Assembly: GCF_006345805.1 (NCBI RefSeq)
Contig: NW_021831041.1
Span: 62,001-126,000 of the forward strand
DNA from: Octopus sinensis
Lineage: Eukaryota
Direction of reading: 5' to 3'
Length of the DNA stretch: 64,000 bases
The stretch's first letter is position 1, and each line of letters opens with the position of its first letter. The translations under genes and the position numbers were made by a program. The notes under the pieces are model-generated. The model was not told the origin of the DNA. It did no database searches and was given only the letters and a program-made list of their open reading frames with translations. Of this stretch, positions 34,952-49,018 are shown piece by piece.

Positions 34952-36961
34952 TTATAACTGAGCCAGAGCAAACTGAGCCGAATAGTGGAGGCGACTGACC
35001 AAATCATGATCACTATACTTCCTAAAAATACAAACAACTGATGCAAACATAGCCTTCGAAAAACACCTCTTCGCCTCTTTAGGCATCGACTCAGCCAACA
35101 AACACAATCCCAGTTCCACCAACGCAAAAGGAAGCAAATACCGATCGTGTTTTATAAGCCCAGAACTACCAAATCTGATACTACTAACCACCTGTTGATG
35201 ACTTGATTGAAGAATTTGGAAGCCATTTCATTCTTGCGGAGTCGGCTGTAGCACACACCGCGCAAAAATATGGCCAGGTTAAAGTCATCGATCGAGTACT
35301 CGGGGCGCTCTACCAAAAATACACTCAAAGGGACTTTGGAGACGGACTTGCTCTTCCTTAACCACGGCGAGGACATTTTCGACTATTTCCTGATTATCGT
35401 AGACCGTGTTGAGTACTCCAAATATATACATCGACTCCTACAAATGGACATCCATCCGTACAATCAACGGAAGCATCAGGAAATTGCCTTGCTTGAAAAA
35501 ACGTTCTGCCTTCTTGAGGAAAAACTTTTCCATTGGGAATGCCTTGGTGACAAAATGACTTCTCAAACCAGGCAGACTCCTTTCCGTCAAAACAAAACCA
35601 AACCCGAGCTTTTCAGCACAATCCCCGACCCCCAGAAAGCAGCCGACAAGAGCGGAATGATATGTGTATATAAGCCTACTCCAACTACTCTCCCTGTTGA
35701 GCAGATCAATGTATTTGAGGGCCGTCCCCCACTCTAATCGGAGACTGTGGCACCACATCAACTCCCAGTAGCACAAATAATGAAAGTGCTTCAATTCATT
35801 TTGTGAGGACATGCACTTCTCAAAATAAGCCACAGCCTACTCCTGACCAAGCAAACTGACCTCCCCCAAATGTCCCTCAATCACCTCCAGCCTTCCCAAA
35901 AATAGAAAAGTGTAAGCACTCTACAAATAAACCATAAATCGACATTTGGATATTTCTCTCGGAAGAAATGGACGACTTGAGTGACCCTCTCAACGTCACT
36001 CATTCTCCCCCCAATGAAGTAAATTGTGTACGTGTTGAAGAAGAGGGTGGCCAGCGAACACAGGGGAGCCCGAATACCCGACTGCATGAGATGTCCCCGG
36101 TAGAGGTAGTCCAGTCCCAGGCCCTGTCGTGCTTTACAAAAACCACCCTTTCCCCACTAAATCCAACCAGTTTCAGCATTTGGAGCACCCTTTCGGGAAC
36201 AAACGATAAAAACTAAACAAATAATGGAAAAACGAGACAATGTTGAATATTCCGTAGCCGAGGTATGTCCCCGACTCAAAATGGTCACTCATGACCCCCT
36301 CCGTCTGCAATTCGACTTTGCTTTCCACTAATTTGGCACAGTCCCTGTCAGACTGAGGGAATGACTGACTTGTAGGTAAAGTAACATTGGCGAAATATGA
36401 GGACCACGGTGATAAAGTCACCGTAACTGTTTCCCGACAGGATTTTCATGGCGGCCAAAACGAGACTGGCCTCGGCACTGCACAGTTCAGAGTGCAGTTC
36501 GCCTGAATTAGAATTTTAGTAATCACTTTCAGTCATATTGGAATAGTTGTTCGACCCAAACAAAAAACTCTTCAATTTGTTATTTTTCCGTTTATTTTGT
36601 TTAGAAATGGACACAGCCCGTTTACAGGCCGCGAGAGCATTTTCTTTATCAGTCGGGTCAAACGTCATCAGAGCTTTCAACGTCAACAGGACTGAATATC
36701 CCAGTGAGTGGTACATTGACCGGTCGGCACTACAATCACCACCATAATTACTCCTCTGACAATTTCTCCAATGCCTCGGAATATTTGTTGTTTAAAAAAA
36801 GATTTAATGCTTCCAGACAGTCATTCACTGCTGTATTCATGTCGGTGGGGACCGGACTGGATGAGACCCAAAATTACCTGTTTTGTGTGTCCACTGCGTC
36901 GAAATACTTTTAATTTCATTTTTAAATATACTTGTTCATCAGAGAATTCACTCTGTGACAT
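34952..36961 (-). CDS. TTC39: Tetratricopeptide repeat protein 39 family
   Basis: ALNLFLNNKYSEAL, SMYHSLGYS...KALMTFDP, FESGTYLGYGIFN, HYLCYWELMW, ending YSDHDLVSRLHY. Confidence 0.9.
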
Positions 36962-37177
36962 TCTAGCCACGTCAATTCACTGTCCTATTACCTTTTTAAA
37001 TTTGTATATATTTCATAAAAATGTTATTTTATAGCAATATTCGTCCATCTTATACATGTAATAGACAATGTTCGCATTCATGAGAAATAAAGCAAATAAA
37101 TAATTGTTTAAGTTAACTTTATTTGTTGCAATTACAAACCAAAGTAAAATGACAAAAAAACATTTAAAAAGTGGAAA

Positions 37178-39003
37178 TCACATTCTTGGCAAAAGCACAG
37201 TGCCCTCACACTTTAACTTCTTGTTAGAATATTTGCATTTATCTTTCAAAACAGAATCATTAATTGAGTGCCAATTTCTGAACTCTTGGGGAATGTTAAG
37301 AGCATCCAGGAGCTTCTGGGCTATTTCGGGAATAATCGGAAGCAGCACAATTCCACAAACACGCAGAAAATGACAACACAAATGCAAAACATTATTGGCA
37401 TAATTCCGTCGATCAGCATCCGCGGATAAAATATAATTCCAGGGTTTCGAACTGGTAAGTAAGGCGTTGAACTTGTTGGACCCACAGACAAGTCGTTCGA
37501 TAACTTGATAAACACGGAACTCGTCATAACTTCTCGAAACATCCACATTAATCGACACCAACTCATCAAAAAACGAATCCAACTGTATTTGTTCACCCGT
37601 CTGGCCAAGACTGGGACAAAATGGAGGAAATATCCCGGCAGGGTTGAGTTTACGGGAGACAATTCGATTGAGCATGTTCCCAATCGAATTGACGAGTTCT
37701 GCGTTGATAACAGTCTTGAACGAATCCTGATTGTAATCTAAAAATAAAATAAATCAGTCACCGCAGTCACGATCCAACAGGTTTCCACGCAGCAGGAAAT
37801 ATCGAGCCTGATCCGTCTGACTGGCCGAGAAGACAACAGTCGGGTCGACCACATTGCCCACACTCTTGGACATCTAAGTGACCCCACAAAGCAGACCTTT
37901 GTGTCTCGACTCATAAAATGGGCATGAACTACAAACTTGGCAGGAGGGGCCAATCCCCCGCCGATGAGCATGGCAGGCCACACCACCGAGTGAAATCTAC
38001 TCTCGCCAATTTCTACTACCTTAAAATGTCTTTCCCAATAATATGACAAAAACTGGGCAAAACATGGCCAGGATAGCCGCTTACAGTCAAATAGCTCAAC
38101 AAGGCGTCAAACCACACATAAATCTAACGTTCACTCAGGTGGGTACTTTTTGAGAGGGGTCTGAAGGAACGTCGATCCCCCAGCCAAGTCGACTGCTACA
38201 ACGAGACACTGAAATGTCCGAGTCCAAGTTCCGGGCGAGTTGGACTGCTATTTTCTGGTAATGATTGGGCAATATATCTGAAATACGGAAAATAAGACAA
38301 CCGACGTCCCTCAAATATGCCAAAACCTTGTCCTTTAGACTGGTGATCCTAAAAATATAATTCTCCTCCTCAATCCACTCCAATTCCTCTCCACTCCACA
38401 CATGTTGCTAAAATACTTCAAAATTGCCAACAATTGTTCCAAGATTATTCACAACGTCTTTTTGACTGACAAAGCACTCCTCCCTCGTCGAATACCATCC
38501 TTTGTAAATGCCCTTGTAGATCAGTCCCTTGGATTGGAGCAGGTTCTGGTTGGGTGACCATTCTTACCCAGAAATGGGTGACTGTGCTGAGGTGGCCTGG
38601 GTGGGTAGTTCTGATGAAGTGGTCGTACTCTATTTTGTACGTATCGAATAGACTCTGCTTGTGTTATGCCAATACTTTGAAATTGGCTGAAATTCTATCG
38701 CAGAATTCGATCGGGGTTGACTTTGAAGAAATGGCCGCTTTCAAAACCTTTTTAATAGATCAAAGGGTGCCGACCTTTGATCCGTGCTCGTCAGTACCAG
38801 TTGAGAGCTCGATGTTATCGTGGGCGAGTTTACGCCAGCGGACAAAACTATCGGCCAACAGTGCTGAGTACAGGTGGCCAATGTGGGGGTCTGCCATTAA
38901 AGTATAAATTATTCGCACTTGAATTGACATAAAATATTGGAGTTGTTACAAGCACTTTTTTTGAACTCAGTAGTCGAGAAATTATAAAAACGAGTTGTTT
39001 CAT
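37178..39003 (-). CDS. MARS2: Mitochondrial methionyl-tRNA synthetase
   Basis: [10 protein letters not shown]|[13 protein letters not shown] (HIGH motif), [16 protein letters not shown]|[12 protein letters not shown]|[11 protein letters not shown] (KMSKS motif). Confidence 0.93.
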
Positions 39004-39588
39004 CGCACAAGACAAAAGTTCAAAAACATATTCAAATCAGATTAAAAATATTTGTAGTATAATTATAACATTAAAATAATTAATTCCATTGAAAACTAAC
39101 CTAGATCACTCCTACGTTGACCAACAGCAAGCGTCCTATCACGGTCGTGTAAAAATAGGATGCCAATAACTTGAATTGATGAGGAAAAACAAACATTTTG
39201 GACAAATCAGGAATTGTAATGATTAAAGCAACTGATTTGAAAATTTCCAATATTCTTTGCTCGTTTTTCTATGCTCGATGAGTATTTTTTGTGTATTTAA
39301 AGATGCCTTAAAGTTGTCAAAATATTCGAAATCACTTGGAAATTGATTTATTTTCGAATTTTAAATCACTTCCACTTGGATCCCTGCCTATTTGAATCAA
39401 AAGCGCTGCTAATTTAGTTGATAATTGATCTTCATTAGTGACAGGTAATCGCTACCATTCTACATGGCTCTAATTTAATCCACAACCTGCCAAAAACATT
39501 GATTAGCAAACCAAAGCGTATTAAATACTCGATCACTGATTTGTGAAGAGACGCGTAGGCAGAGAGTCAGCATTTGTGCCATTTCCAC

Positions 39589-42500
39589 ATGGAAGCGCCT
39601 TTGGAAGAAAGTATGAAATATTTGCAAATTGATAAACAAAAATTGTTGCAAGAATCTCTTCCTTTCGACAGCAAAAAGTCGTGTTGGGTGCCGGATAAGA
39701 AGGAATGCTACGTTCAAGGAGAAATAATAAAGATTGAAAACAAAATGACTACAGTTTACATCGATGGGATGGGGGAGGTTTGCTTTGTGGAGAAAACAGT
39801 CAAGATTGTAGTCCAAGAACAAGAAATAGAGCCAGTGAACCCACCAAAATACGAAATGTCGACAGACATGTCGACTCTGACTCATCTGAATGATCCGAGT
39901 ATTCTATACAACCTAAGACGACGATATACAAACAACTTGATATACGTTTGCGCAAATAAATCACCCAGACCTATTCGGGACTGTTCTGCATTGCCATAAA
40001 TCCATATCGCCGTCTGCCAATATACACCAAACAAGTAATCCAGCAGTTCAAGGGGAAAAGGAGGACAGAAATGCCTCCTCACGTATACTCCGTGTCAGAT
40101 ATCGCTTATCAGAATATGCTTCAAGGTCCTCTAATAGCTGTCATTTCATTAATCAAACTTTGCTTATTCATGTCAATAAACATCCGTTTAGATCGAGAGA
40201 ACCAATCAATTCTGATCACGTTGCAATTTTCATTTCCAATCATAGAGGCGAGTCCGGGGCAGGAAAAACTGAAAATACCAAAAAAGTCATTCAATATTTT
40301 GCTCAGGTGGCGGGGAGTTGTCCCAAAAAGGACGAAGGGGATATCAAAGGGGTAGAATATGTGTATCAATTTTGAGACTCTCGAGGACCAGATTGTTCAG
40401 GCCAATCCTGTCCTTGAAGCCTACGGAAATGCAAAAACGACTCGGAACAATAATTCTTCTCGATTTGTACGTTTCCGGCATCAATATTGCAGGGAAAATT
40501 TGTCAGAATCCACTTTGGGACGACCGGGAAGATAGCAGGAGCGGACATTGAAACATGTATTCCGTGAGTAATTGAAGCAGATCTCCTGGAGAAATCACGT
40601 GTCACTGATTGTGGACCAAAGGAACGAAATTACCACATTTTCTACCAACTACTCTCGAATTCTATTCCAGAGTACACCGGTTTGATAAAACTGAGTATTT
40701 TCAAGAAAAACTGTTGTTGGATCCGAATCCAGCCAAATACAAGTTTGTCAGCAGAGGGTCACTTACTGTGGACAACATGGACGACCGAGAGGAGATGGTC
40801 CTCACTGATGTCTGTACTTGCACACCGACACAAGCCTAGAAAGCATTTGATGTCCTTGGGTTTACTCAGGAGGAAAAATGGAGTGTTCTCAAATGCACAG
40901 GAGCTATAATTCATCTCGGAGAAATGAAATTCAAGCAGCGACCCAAGGAAGAGCAGGCCGAAACAGAGGACACTGCCGGTTGTATTTGGTTGAATAAACG
41001 TGGTTCAGAGGCGGAGAAGGTTGCATTCCTGCTGGGCGTGAATGCTCAGGATCTCCTAAACTCGCTTTTAAAACCAAAAGTGAAAGTGGGGGCTGAATTT
41101 GTAACGAAAGGCCAAACTCTTGTCCAGGCAATGATTTTCGCTGAATGGTTAGGTGACGAATGCTGTGGGAGCCATGGCCAAGTCAACGTACGAGAGAATG
41201 TTCAATTGGATTGTCAAAAGAGTAAACAAGACCTTGGCAACCAACGTGAAGAGACAGTACTTCATTGGAGTGTTAGACATTGCTGGTTTCGAGATATTCG
41301 ACTTTAATACATTCGAACAACTTTGCATCAATTACACGAACGAACGACTGCAGCAATTCTTCAATCATCACATGTTTGTTCTTGAACAGGAAGAGTACAA
41401 GAAGCAAGAAATCGAGTGGGAGTTCATTGACTTTGGCATGGACCTTCAATCTTGCATCGACCTCATAGAAAAGGTGTCCTCACTCACACAATTTCAAGCC
41501 GATGGGAATCCTCTCTATTCTCGAGGAGGAGTGCATGTTCCCCAAAGCCACCGATAAGAGCTTTATGGAAAAACTATATAACAACCACGCAGGGAAGACT
41601 AGTGCTTTCGGCAAACCAAAAATGCAGAAATCTTCACCTTCTGTTCATTTCGAGATCCATCACTATGCCGGGACTGTATGTTTCTTCTTCATTTGTTAGG
41701 TCGGATACAACATTGAAAATTGGCTTGAAAGAAACAAAAACCCGATCAACGAGAGCGTGGTAGGAATCTTGAGGGAGTCAAAGGATCCCCTCCTTTCAGA
41801 ACTGTACAAAATGAGCGAGCAGAGTAAGTGTCGTGGGACTAATCCAAGATGAGGGCAACAGTGGAAAGAAACGGAAAGGAGCAGCCTATCAGACCATTTC
41901 GTCAGTCCATAAAGTCCATATTGAATAAACAAAATAGGAATCGTTGGGAAAACTTATGGTAAACCTATACAGTACACACCCACATTTTGTCCGTTGCATT
42001 ATTCCCAACGAAAACAAGGAGCCCGGTACTTTGCTGACTTATACGGCGAAGGAGTGATCGACTCTCATCTGGTTCTCCATCAACTGCAATGCAACGGTGT
42101 CTTGGAGGGAATTCGAATATGCCGGAAAGGATACCCCAACAGAATGACGTACCCTGATTTTAAGCAACGATATTCCATCTTGGCCCCCAATGTCATTTCT
42201 CAGGGTTTTGTTGATGGAAAGGTTGTGCTGAGGTGACCCATGGTAGGTCGTCACAGAAAAAATTTTGACCGCGTTGAGTCTGGAGAAGAACTGCAATAAA
42301 CTTGGAGTCACCAAAGTCTTTTTCAAGGCAGGAATCCTGGGTACCCTGGAAGAACTGCGGGACGACCGTCTTGGAAGGATCATCGGCATGTTCCAAGCCA
42401 ATATTCGTGGATATTTGTGCAGAAAGTTTTATAAACGACTGCAAGATCAAAGGTGCCGAAAACCGTAAAATTGTAGAATCGGACTGTCAATCATCCAGCG

Positions 42501-45500
42501 GAACATTCGGAAGCATCTTCAACTACGCACGTGGACGTGGTGGAAGGTCTTTCTGAAGGTATTCCCCCATCACGAAATAGATCAAACCTTTGCTAAATAT
42601 TGCCCGTCAAGAGGACGAAATGAGAGTGAAGGAGGAGGAGTTGGCTGAAACCAAAAGAAAGCTGGAGAAAGTAGATAAACTTCGCGCGGAGTTGGAAGAA
42701 CAAAACAACAAACTGTTGCAAGAAAAGGGCGACCTGTCAATCCAAATCAAGGCCAAAGAAAATAGTCTCGACGACGCCCAGGAGATGATTGACCTCCTTA
42801 TCAGTCAAAAGGGCGAATTCGAGCAGAAAATCCAGGAATTCCAAGACCGACTCCTCGACGAGGAGGACATGAATGCGGAAATCGAGGACGCGAAGCTGAA
42901 ATTAGAGGACGAAATTGACGCCTTGAAAAAAGACGTCGAAGACCTCGAAGACCTTTGGTCGAAGGTGAAAGCGTCAAATCAAATTTAGGCCGAAAACGAA
43001 AACAAAAAATATGCAATTCTCGTCGATAAAACACACCAAGAAACAGAGCAAAAAAACGCCGAAATCGAATCTTTGACCAAAGACAACAAAACTTTGCAAT
43101 TTGACTTGTCCGAGTCGGAAGACAAGTTGAAGGATTCCGTCAAGAAAATAGCTCAGTTGGGAACAGTCACCTCCGCGATGGAGGAGGAGATTGAAAACGT
43201 GAATTTGTGTGTTCAATTTAGATGAGGGAGAGCCTTGCAAAGGAGACCAAAAACAAGTCAACGTTAGAAAAACTCAAGAATAAGCTGGAGTCAGAAATAA
43301 AAAACCTCAAACTCACCATCGAGGAGTCGGAAAAAACACGTGAAGAAATCGAAGCCACAATAAAAAAGTATTTTGACTGCCTTACTCCAGAAAAGACGCG
43401 GAACTATCAAAAGAACGGCAGAAAAGTGAGGAAAACAAGAATTCTGCGACTCAACTCTCCCGGAAACTAAAAGACGTGACCGTAAATAACAGTTCTGACC
43501 GATCAAGGCCAAATGCGAGGAGTTTGGGGAAGAAATGCAGACGGAGAGGCAGCTCAGAACAAAACTTGAAAAGCAGAGGATAGAACTCGAAAGAACCTGT
43601 GACGAACTGAATGAGAAACTTGAGGAATCCGAAAGACAATCCAAGACTCAAGTTTTGTTCTCAAAATTGTTGTAGCTTGAGTTGGGCAAGCGAAGAGAAT
43701 TGGAAATCCAGAAAATGAAACACGAATTGGAAGAAATTGTCCTGAACCACGACACTTCCGTCCAAAACATCAAAAAAAGAAACCAAGAAATGCTCAACGA
43801 AATTGCTGAACAGGTGGAGAAGGGACAAAAAACAATTTCCAAGTATTTTGGCGCGAATTCAAATTTAAGACTTGAGCGAGAGAATAGTGAAATGTCCATA
43901 CAACTGGACACTTTGAAGGACGAGGTTGACCAACTATTCAAAATAAAAGTACAATTTTTGGTGGCTTAAATCTGCAGACAAATTTGGAAAAGTCCAACAA
44001 ATCGTTGGAAGGGCAACTTTACGAGGGAAATCATAAAATCGACGAACACGTGCGTCTTATTTCAGAGGCAAACGGTCGAGTGATAAAGTATGAAAAAGAA
44101 ATGAGTGAAATTAAAAGACAACTCGAAGACTCTGAGACTAAAGTAATACTTTATTTAATTTAAAAGTTCTTAAAACAATCAAAATATATTTCGACGATGG
44201 AGAACCAGATTATGGAAATGGAACAGGACATTGAAATGGCCAGGAAAAACAAACAAAAACAATCAAATGAACTTCAAGCAATTGAAAAGGAAATCTCCGA
44301 CTTACGTGAGCAATTAGAAGAGTCCCAGGAAGCAAAATTAGACTTGCAGCGTCTAGTATCAAAGGCTAACAGCGACTGCCAACAGTGGAAGTCCAAGTAC
44401 GAGTCAGAGGGAGTCTACAGAATTGAGGAACTTGAAGACCTAAAGTGCCACCTGGCCATTTTGACCATTTCAGGAAGAAAATGAGCGTAAAAATTTCTGA
44501 AATGGAAGAAGACTTGGAACAGTGCCAACAAAAATTGTCCTCCTCAGAAAAAACCCGCAATAAACTGCAGGCACAAGTCGAGGACCTCAGTTCGGAGGGC
44601 GACCGAGTTTGTCCACACAATAATAATAACCAGAACATTATGGAATATTCCCAACTCGACAAGAAAAATAAGCAGTTGGAGAAAATTGTAGTCGATCTAA
44701 CTCAAAAAACAAACACACTTCAAGGAGAACTCGACTCGACACGTGGAGAAGTGAGGAATTACGCGGACGAGTGCACCAGACTGAGGACCGACTTGGAGGA
44801 ACGGAAATTGTCGGGAGAATCGGCGAAGAAAGAAAACAAACTCCTGCAAGGTTGACACCATTCAGTCAAAAATAGACGAAATAAAAATTTTGAACGAAAA
44901 AGCGTTGAACGATAAAAAAATATCAACTGAATTGGCCAAAAACAAAAAAAAAGTCGAGAAAGATTTCGAAGAAATTCAGAACGCACTCGAAGAGGCAGAA
45001 CTGGCACTGGAATTCGAAATCAACAAGACAAGTCGCCTGGAAACCGAAATGGCCGAAGTGCGAAATCACGTGGAAACCAAATTGGCTGAAAAGGAAGAGG
45101 ACTTTGAGAACACTCGTCGAAACCACCAAAAACTGTTGGAGTCTGCCGAGGTGTCGTTGGAGAGCGAAATCAGGAGCAAACAAGAACTCCAAAAACAGCG
45201 GAAAAAACTCGAGGGAATAATCTCCGGGTTGGAAAGCGAACTCGCGGCAAGTTCAAAGCGAAACGAGGACACATCAAAGGCCCTAAAACAGGCCCTGGAC
45301 AAACTGAGTCACATGAATCATTCCTTCGACGAGGAGCACCAACAAGTGCTGTTTTTGAAGGAATCCGTGAGCCACTTTGACCGCAAATATAACATCCTCC
45401 ACTCAGAGATGGTCGAACTGAAATCTAACCTGGAAATGGTGGGGATTGTTATTTATGGGGACAGAGCGAGAAAAACCGTCTTTCCGCGGAATATTCAACC

Positions 45501-46324
45501 ACGGAATTGGAGGGGCGACTCACCGAAACACTCAACTCAGTCCACACACTCACTGGAAACAAGCGGAAACTCGAAATGGAAATTTCCAGTCTCCGAAGTG
45601 ACCTCGGCGAGGCCCAAGAGGACTTGAAGACATGCGAGGACAAACTTCGGAAGGTGACCATGGACTCCCTCCGTCTAGCAGAGGAGGTAAAGGACAGGGA
45701 TCGGTCCCTCAAGGACTTGGAAACTCTGAACATGCAGTTGGGGACCACCGTTATGGAAATTCAGGTTGACGGTTGGACAAACATGGTAGAATCAAATGGA
45801 AATGGTCGAGGGAAGTGCTTCCAAGAATGAGCGAAAGTTGGCTGCTAAATTTGACCAAAAAACACGTGAACTTGAATTTGAGTTGGAAAACGAGCAACGA
45901 GCACATTCGGATACGCAAAAAACTCTCAAAAAAGTAACCCTATTGAGAAACTCCCAAGGTCGAGTCCAAACTAAGGGACCACGTTTTACAGAGTGAAGAC
46001 GACAAGCGCAGTTTAGAGAGATATCAGGAGACCGTCGACGGTCTTCAACAAAAAATCAAGTTTTTTAAGCGCCAGATCGCGGACACGGTTGGGAGTGGAG
46101 TAGATAACAGGCAGGAGGATGTAGCTACTCTCAACATTGAGAAATACAAAAAAGCCCAGCGCGAATTGGAGGAGAGTGAGGAAAGATTGGAAAGCATTGA
46201 ATCCGAAATGCAGCGACTGAGACTGAAGGCGAGAGAAAAAATGACTTGTTCTGTATGTGATGATTTCCCGAGGCTTTAGAGGATCAAGAACTCGAGACTA
46301 AACGAACCGTTCGACTCTGACTAG
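39589..46324 (+). CDS. MYH: Myosin II heavy chain (striated/muscle type), full length, more than 35 micro-introns
   Basis: [78 protein letters not shown] motifs and a long heptad tail. Confidence 0.97.
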
Positions 46325-46482
46325 AGTTTTGTATACTTACTTCTCGTCTTGGCTTAACTTAACTAATATTGTTCGATTAAATACTAATAAAATAATTTTT
46401 GGGTCACTCAGGAGGGTTCCTTATTAACATTTTTTTAGTAATGATTCATAAATTAGTAACATTAATGGTTCCTTAATCCAGT

Positions 46483-48890
46483 TCAAATGCGTTTCGTTTC
46501 AATGTCTAAATATAGACCAGAAAGAGTCACTCGACGGTCATATGTTTTCTTCCACACAGACATACGTCTTGAGACCTTAACTGTGTCTCCGCGGTGAGGA
46601 GGGGCACAGAATATGACTGTCACGAAGAGAAACGCGATAATACCCACCACAATTCCCACTAAAATCCAAATATTTTCCTTTAGTGCCAAATACTGATCAA
46701 ACCGATATCCTTTCCCTGATAATCTTGAATATATTGCTGTTCAATATTTTTTGCAGAATCGATGTTAATGCCGTGTCACTCACATATGACCGACAGGCCT
46801 TCATCTCGCAATATGACTTGGAAGAGTCTCTCTGATGCTTATTCTTGTAGCATGGACTCCCTTGACTCACCAAATGAGAATTACCTGAGGGGACATACAA
46901 GTTCTCAGGCTCGTCTTCAGGAATGATGCTTCGTATACTCTGAGGGATCGTCTTGTCTGTGATTGGAAGACATTTGTGTGTTTCTGGGTTTGTGCACCCA
47001 ATCAGACACTGCAGTGAGTGGTCAGACGTCCGAAGTATGCAAGGACTCCACCCCGGTTCAGAGTTGCAGATGGAATTGTTGCATTCCTGCACTACTCAGA
47101 CACTACGACCCCCATGTTGCATAGGAAGTAATTCTTGAACCCGTCAATGGTGTCGTTGCAGGGTTTTCCTTCGTTTTTTGGCTCGGGGGCAGGGCACTTA
47201 TAGTCTTTCCCGTTGCCTTAAATTCTCCCAGCCAGTCCTTACAGAATACAGGCGCAGTGCATGTAGTTTCGGTCAAACATTGATATTCATCAGATTGTTT
47301 TGCAATATTGCAGTTCTGACAGCATTCGCCGTGACTTGAACTGCACTGTCAACTAAACAGACCACCTGCACGTGGCAGCCTCTTTCAGTGAGCAGTCAAT
47401 ATTGCAGCAGGGGTCACCATTTGATTTGGGTTCACACGCTTCGCCTTCTTGTAGAATGTTGTCTCCACATATCGGGTTGCTTTCAACTGCAAATGAAACA
47501 TAAAATAAACATTGGAATTTATCCGCACTGTTCATAGCAAACGCACTGATCACGTCGATAGAACACTGGGAGAACTTGTCGTTGTTTGGTTTATGACCAC
47601 TTGTGGACCGTGCGTTCATGATATAGTACCCATCCTCATCATTCCCCAGACAGTTATCCGAGTCGTGCTAATTCAATCATCACTCTCAACTGATACATCA
47701 CTGTTGAATGAATGTCCCCACTCGTGTAGGAAAACCAGCACTGTGTGGGAAATCTTGTCACCCGAATGCACGAGCATGGTGTTGTAATCACGGAATCCCC
47801 CAGCATTAGTATTGTCTGTGTGTTTATTGTAGTTTACTACCTGCTCCGACGTATGCAAGTCCGATGACGGGGGCAAACGAGACTCCTGTGTAGAGCACTC
47901 GAATGCATTCATTCGTGTGGTCGTGCTGGGTCTCCTCCGTGAATGTCGAGAGATAATTATTGACCGATTCACCTTCCAAATTGGATACACGTGTCTGTTT
48001 TTTATCATCAACCTGGAAATTGACTCATCGAATGTACCCTGATTGAAATGAGTTCGAACTTTATGTTTGATCCCTCGATGAATGGAACGTTTCTGATCAA
48101 TTTGTTAGCTTCTGCAGTGACCATTAATATTTCCCCGATGATGTACGTGACTGTTACTTCCGACGACGGTTTCTGCCAGTAAAGACGGGCTTCCAACCAT
48201 GTTATTTATTTTTGCAAATAGAGTGTAGTCCACATAAGCCCGAACCGTACATATTGATGACCTTCCGTTGTGTTCCTGCCGCTTTGTCTTCCGACTGGGA
48301 CTGTCTCTTGTCTGGGGGTCTTTGTTCCCGCAGACTCCCTCGGGTCTGGAGATGGGGGATGGCCACTTGCCTGTCTAGCAAATCAGAACCGTCTTTGTGA
48401 AAGCTTCGATATGCGACAGTATGGAATTGAGATTCATGCAGTTCGGAAAAGTGGTGAGTTGGGACAAAATGCACGTGAATGTCCTCACTTATGACCTTTC
48501 CGTGGAAGTGTCCGTCGGGAGTAATGGACCCGGTGACGAACGAATTGTTTTCATCTGCGGTGATGTGAGGACATACCCGAAAGTGACCCCTCGACGGTCA
48601 CCGAGTAGTGAAAATACTCGTCTGGGCCCAATATTTGTACTTTGTTTTTTTTTGAAGTCAAACTCATGTGGAAAGACCTAATCTGTGATTGTGAATTTCT
48701 GCCTGTTGAATGCGTCTATTTTATGGTGGACGACTCTGCGGACGCCCTTTAAGTGGAGGTTGTAGTCAGAAAGCAGTCTATGCTTGTCGAAATGAACAAA
48801 TTCGTAATATTCCAAGCCTTCGACGGGAGGACGTGCTATCGAATAAATGTACCTTTGGAAATTTAGTAGTAATATAATTGGTAGAGTCAT
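46483..48890 (-). CDS. ADAM10: ADAM10/Kuzbanian-like metalloprotease-disintegrin
   Basis: Signal and prodomain, HEWGHSFNSD|HD zinc motif, Met-turn YYIMNARSTSGHKPNNDKFSQCS, disintegrin ICGDNILQEGEAC, Cys-rich region and TM. The last exon is uncertain. Confidence 0.88.
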
Positions 48891-49018
48891 CGGGTATACA
48901 GTTGGGTCATGTTTTATTTAACCCATTTTTAGGTTAGCCTAGTTAAATTAAAAATTGTTTATTTTATATTAAAATAATTAAACTAATAAAATGTTTTCCA
49001 GTGTCAAATATTGATTGC
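48891..49018. promoter_or_regulatory. Putative bidirectional promoter between ADAM10 and ARNT
   Basis: 128-bp AT-rich spacer between divergent inferred ATGs. Confidence 0.5.

Noticed and set aside
47660-47726. ADAM10 zinc motif HEWGHSFNSDHD (G replaced by N) as an inactive protease
   Set aside because: All three His ligands, the catalytic Glu and the Met-turn are present. Asn can substitute for Gly in turns.
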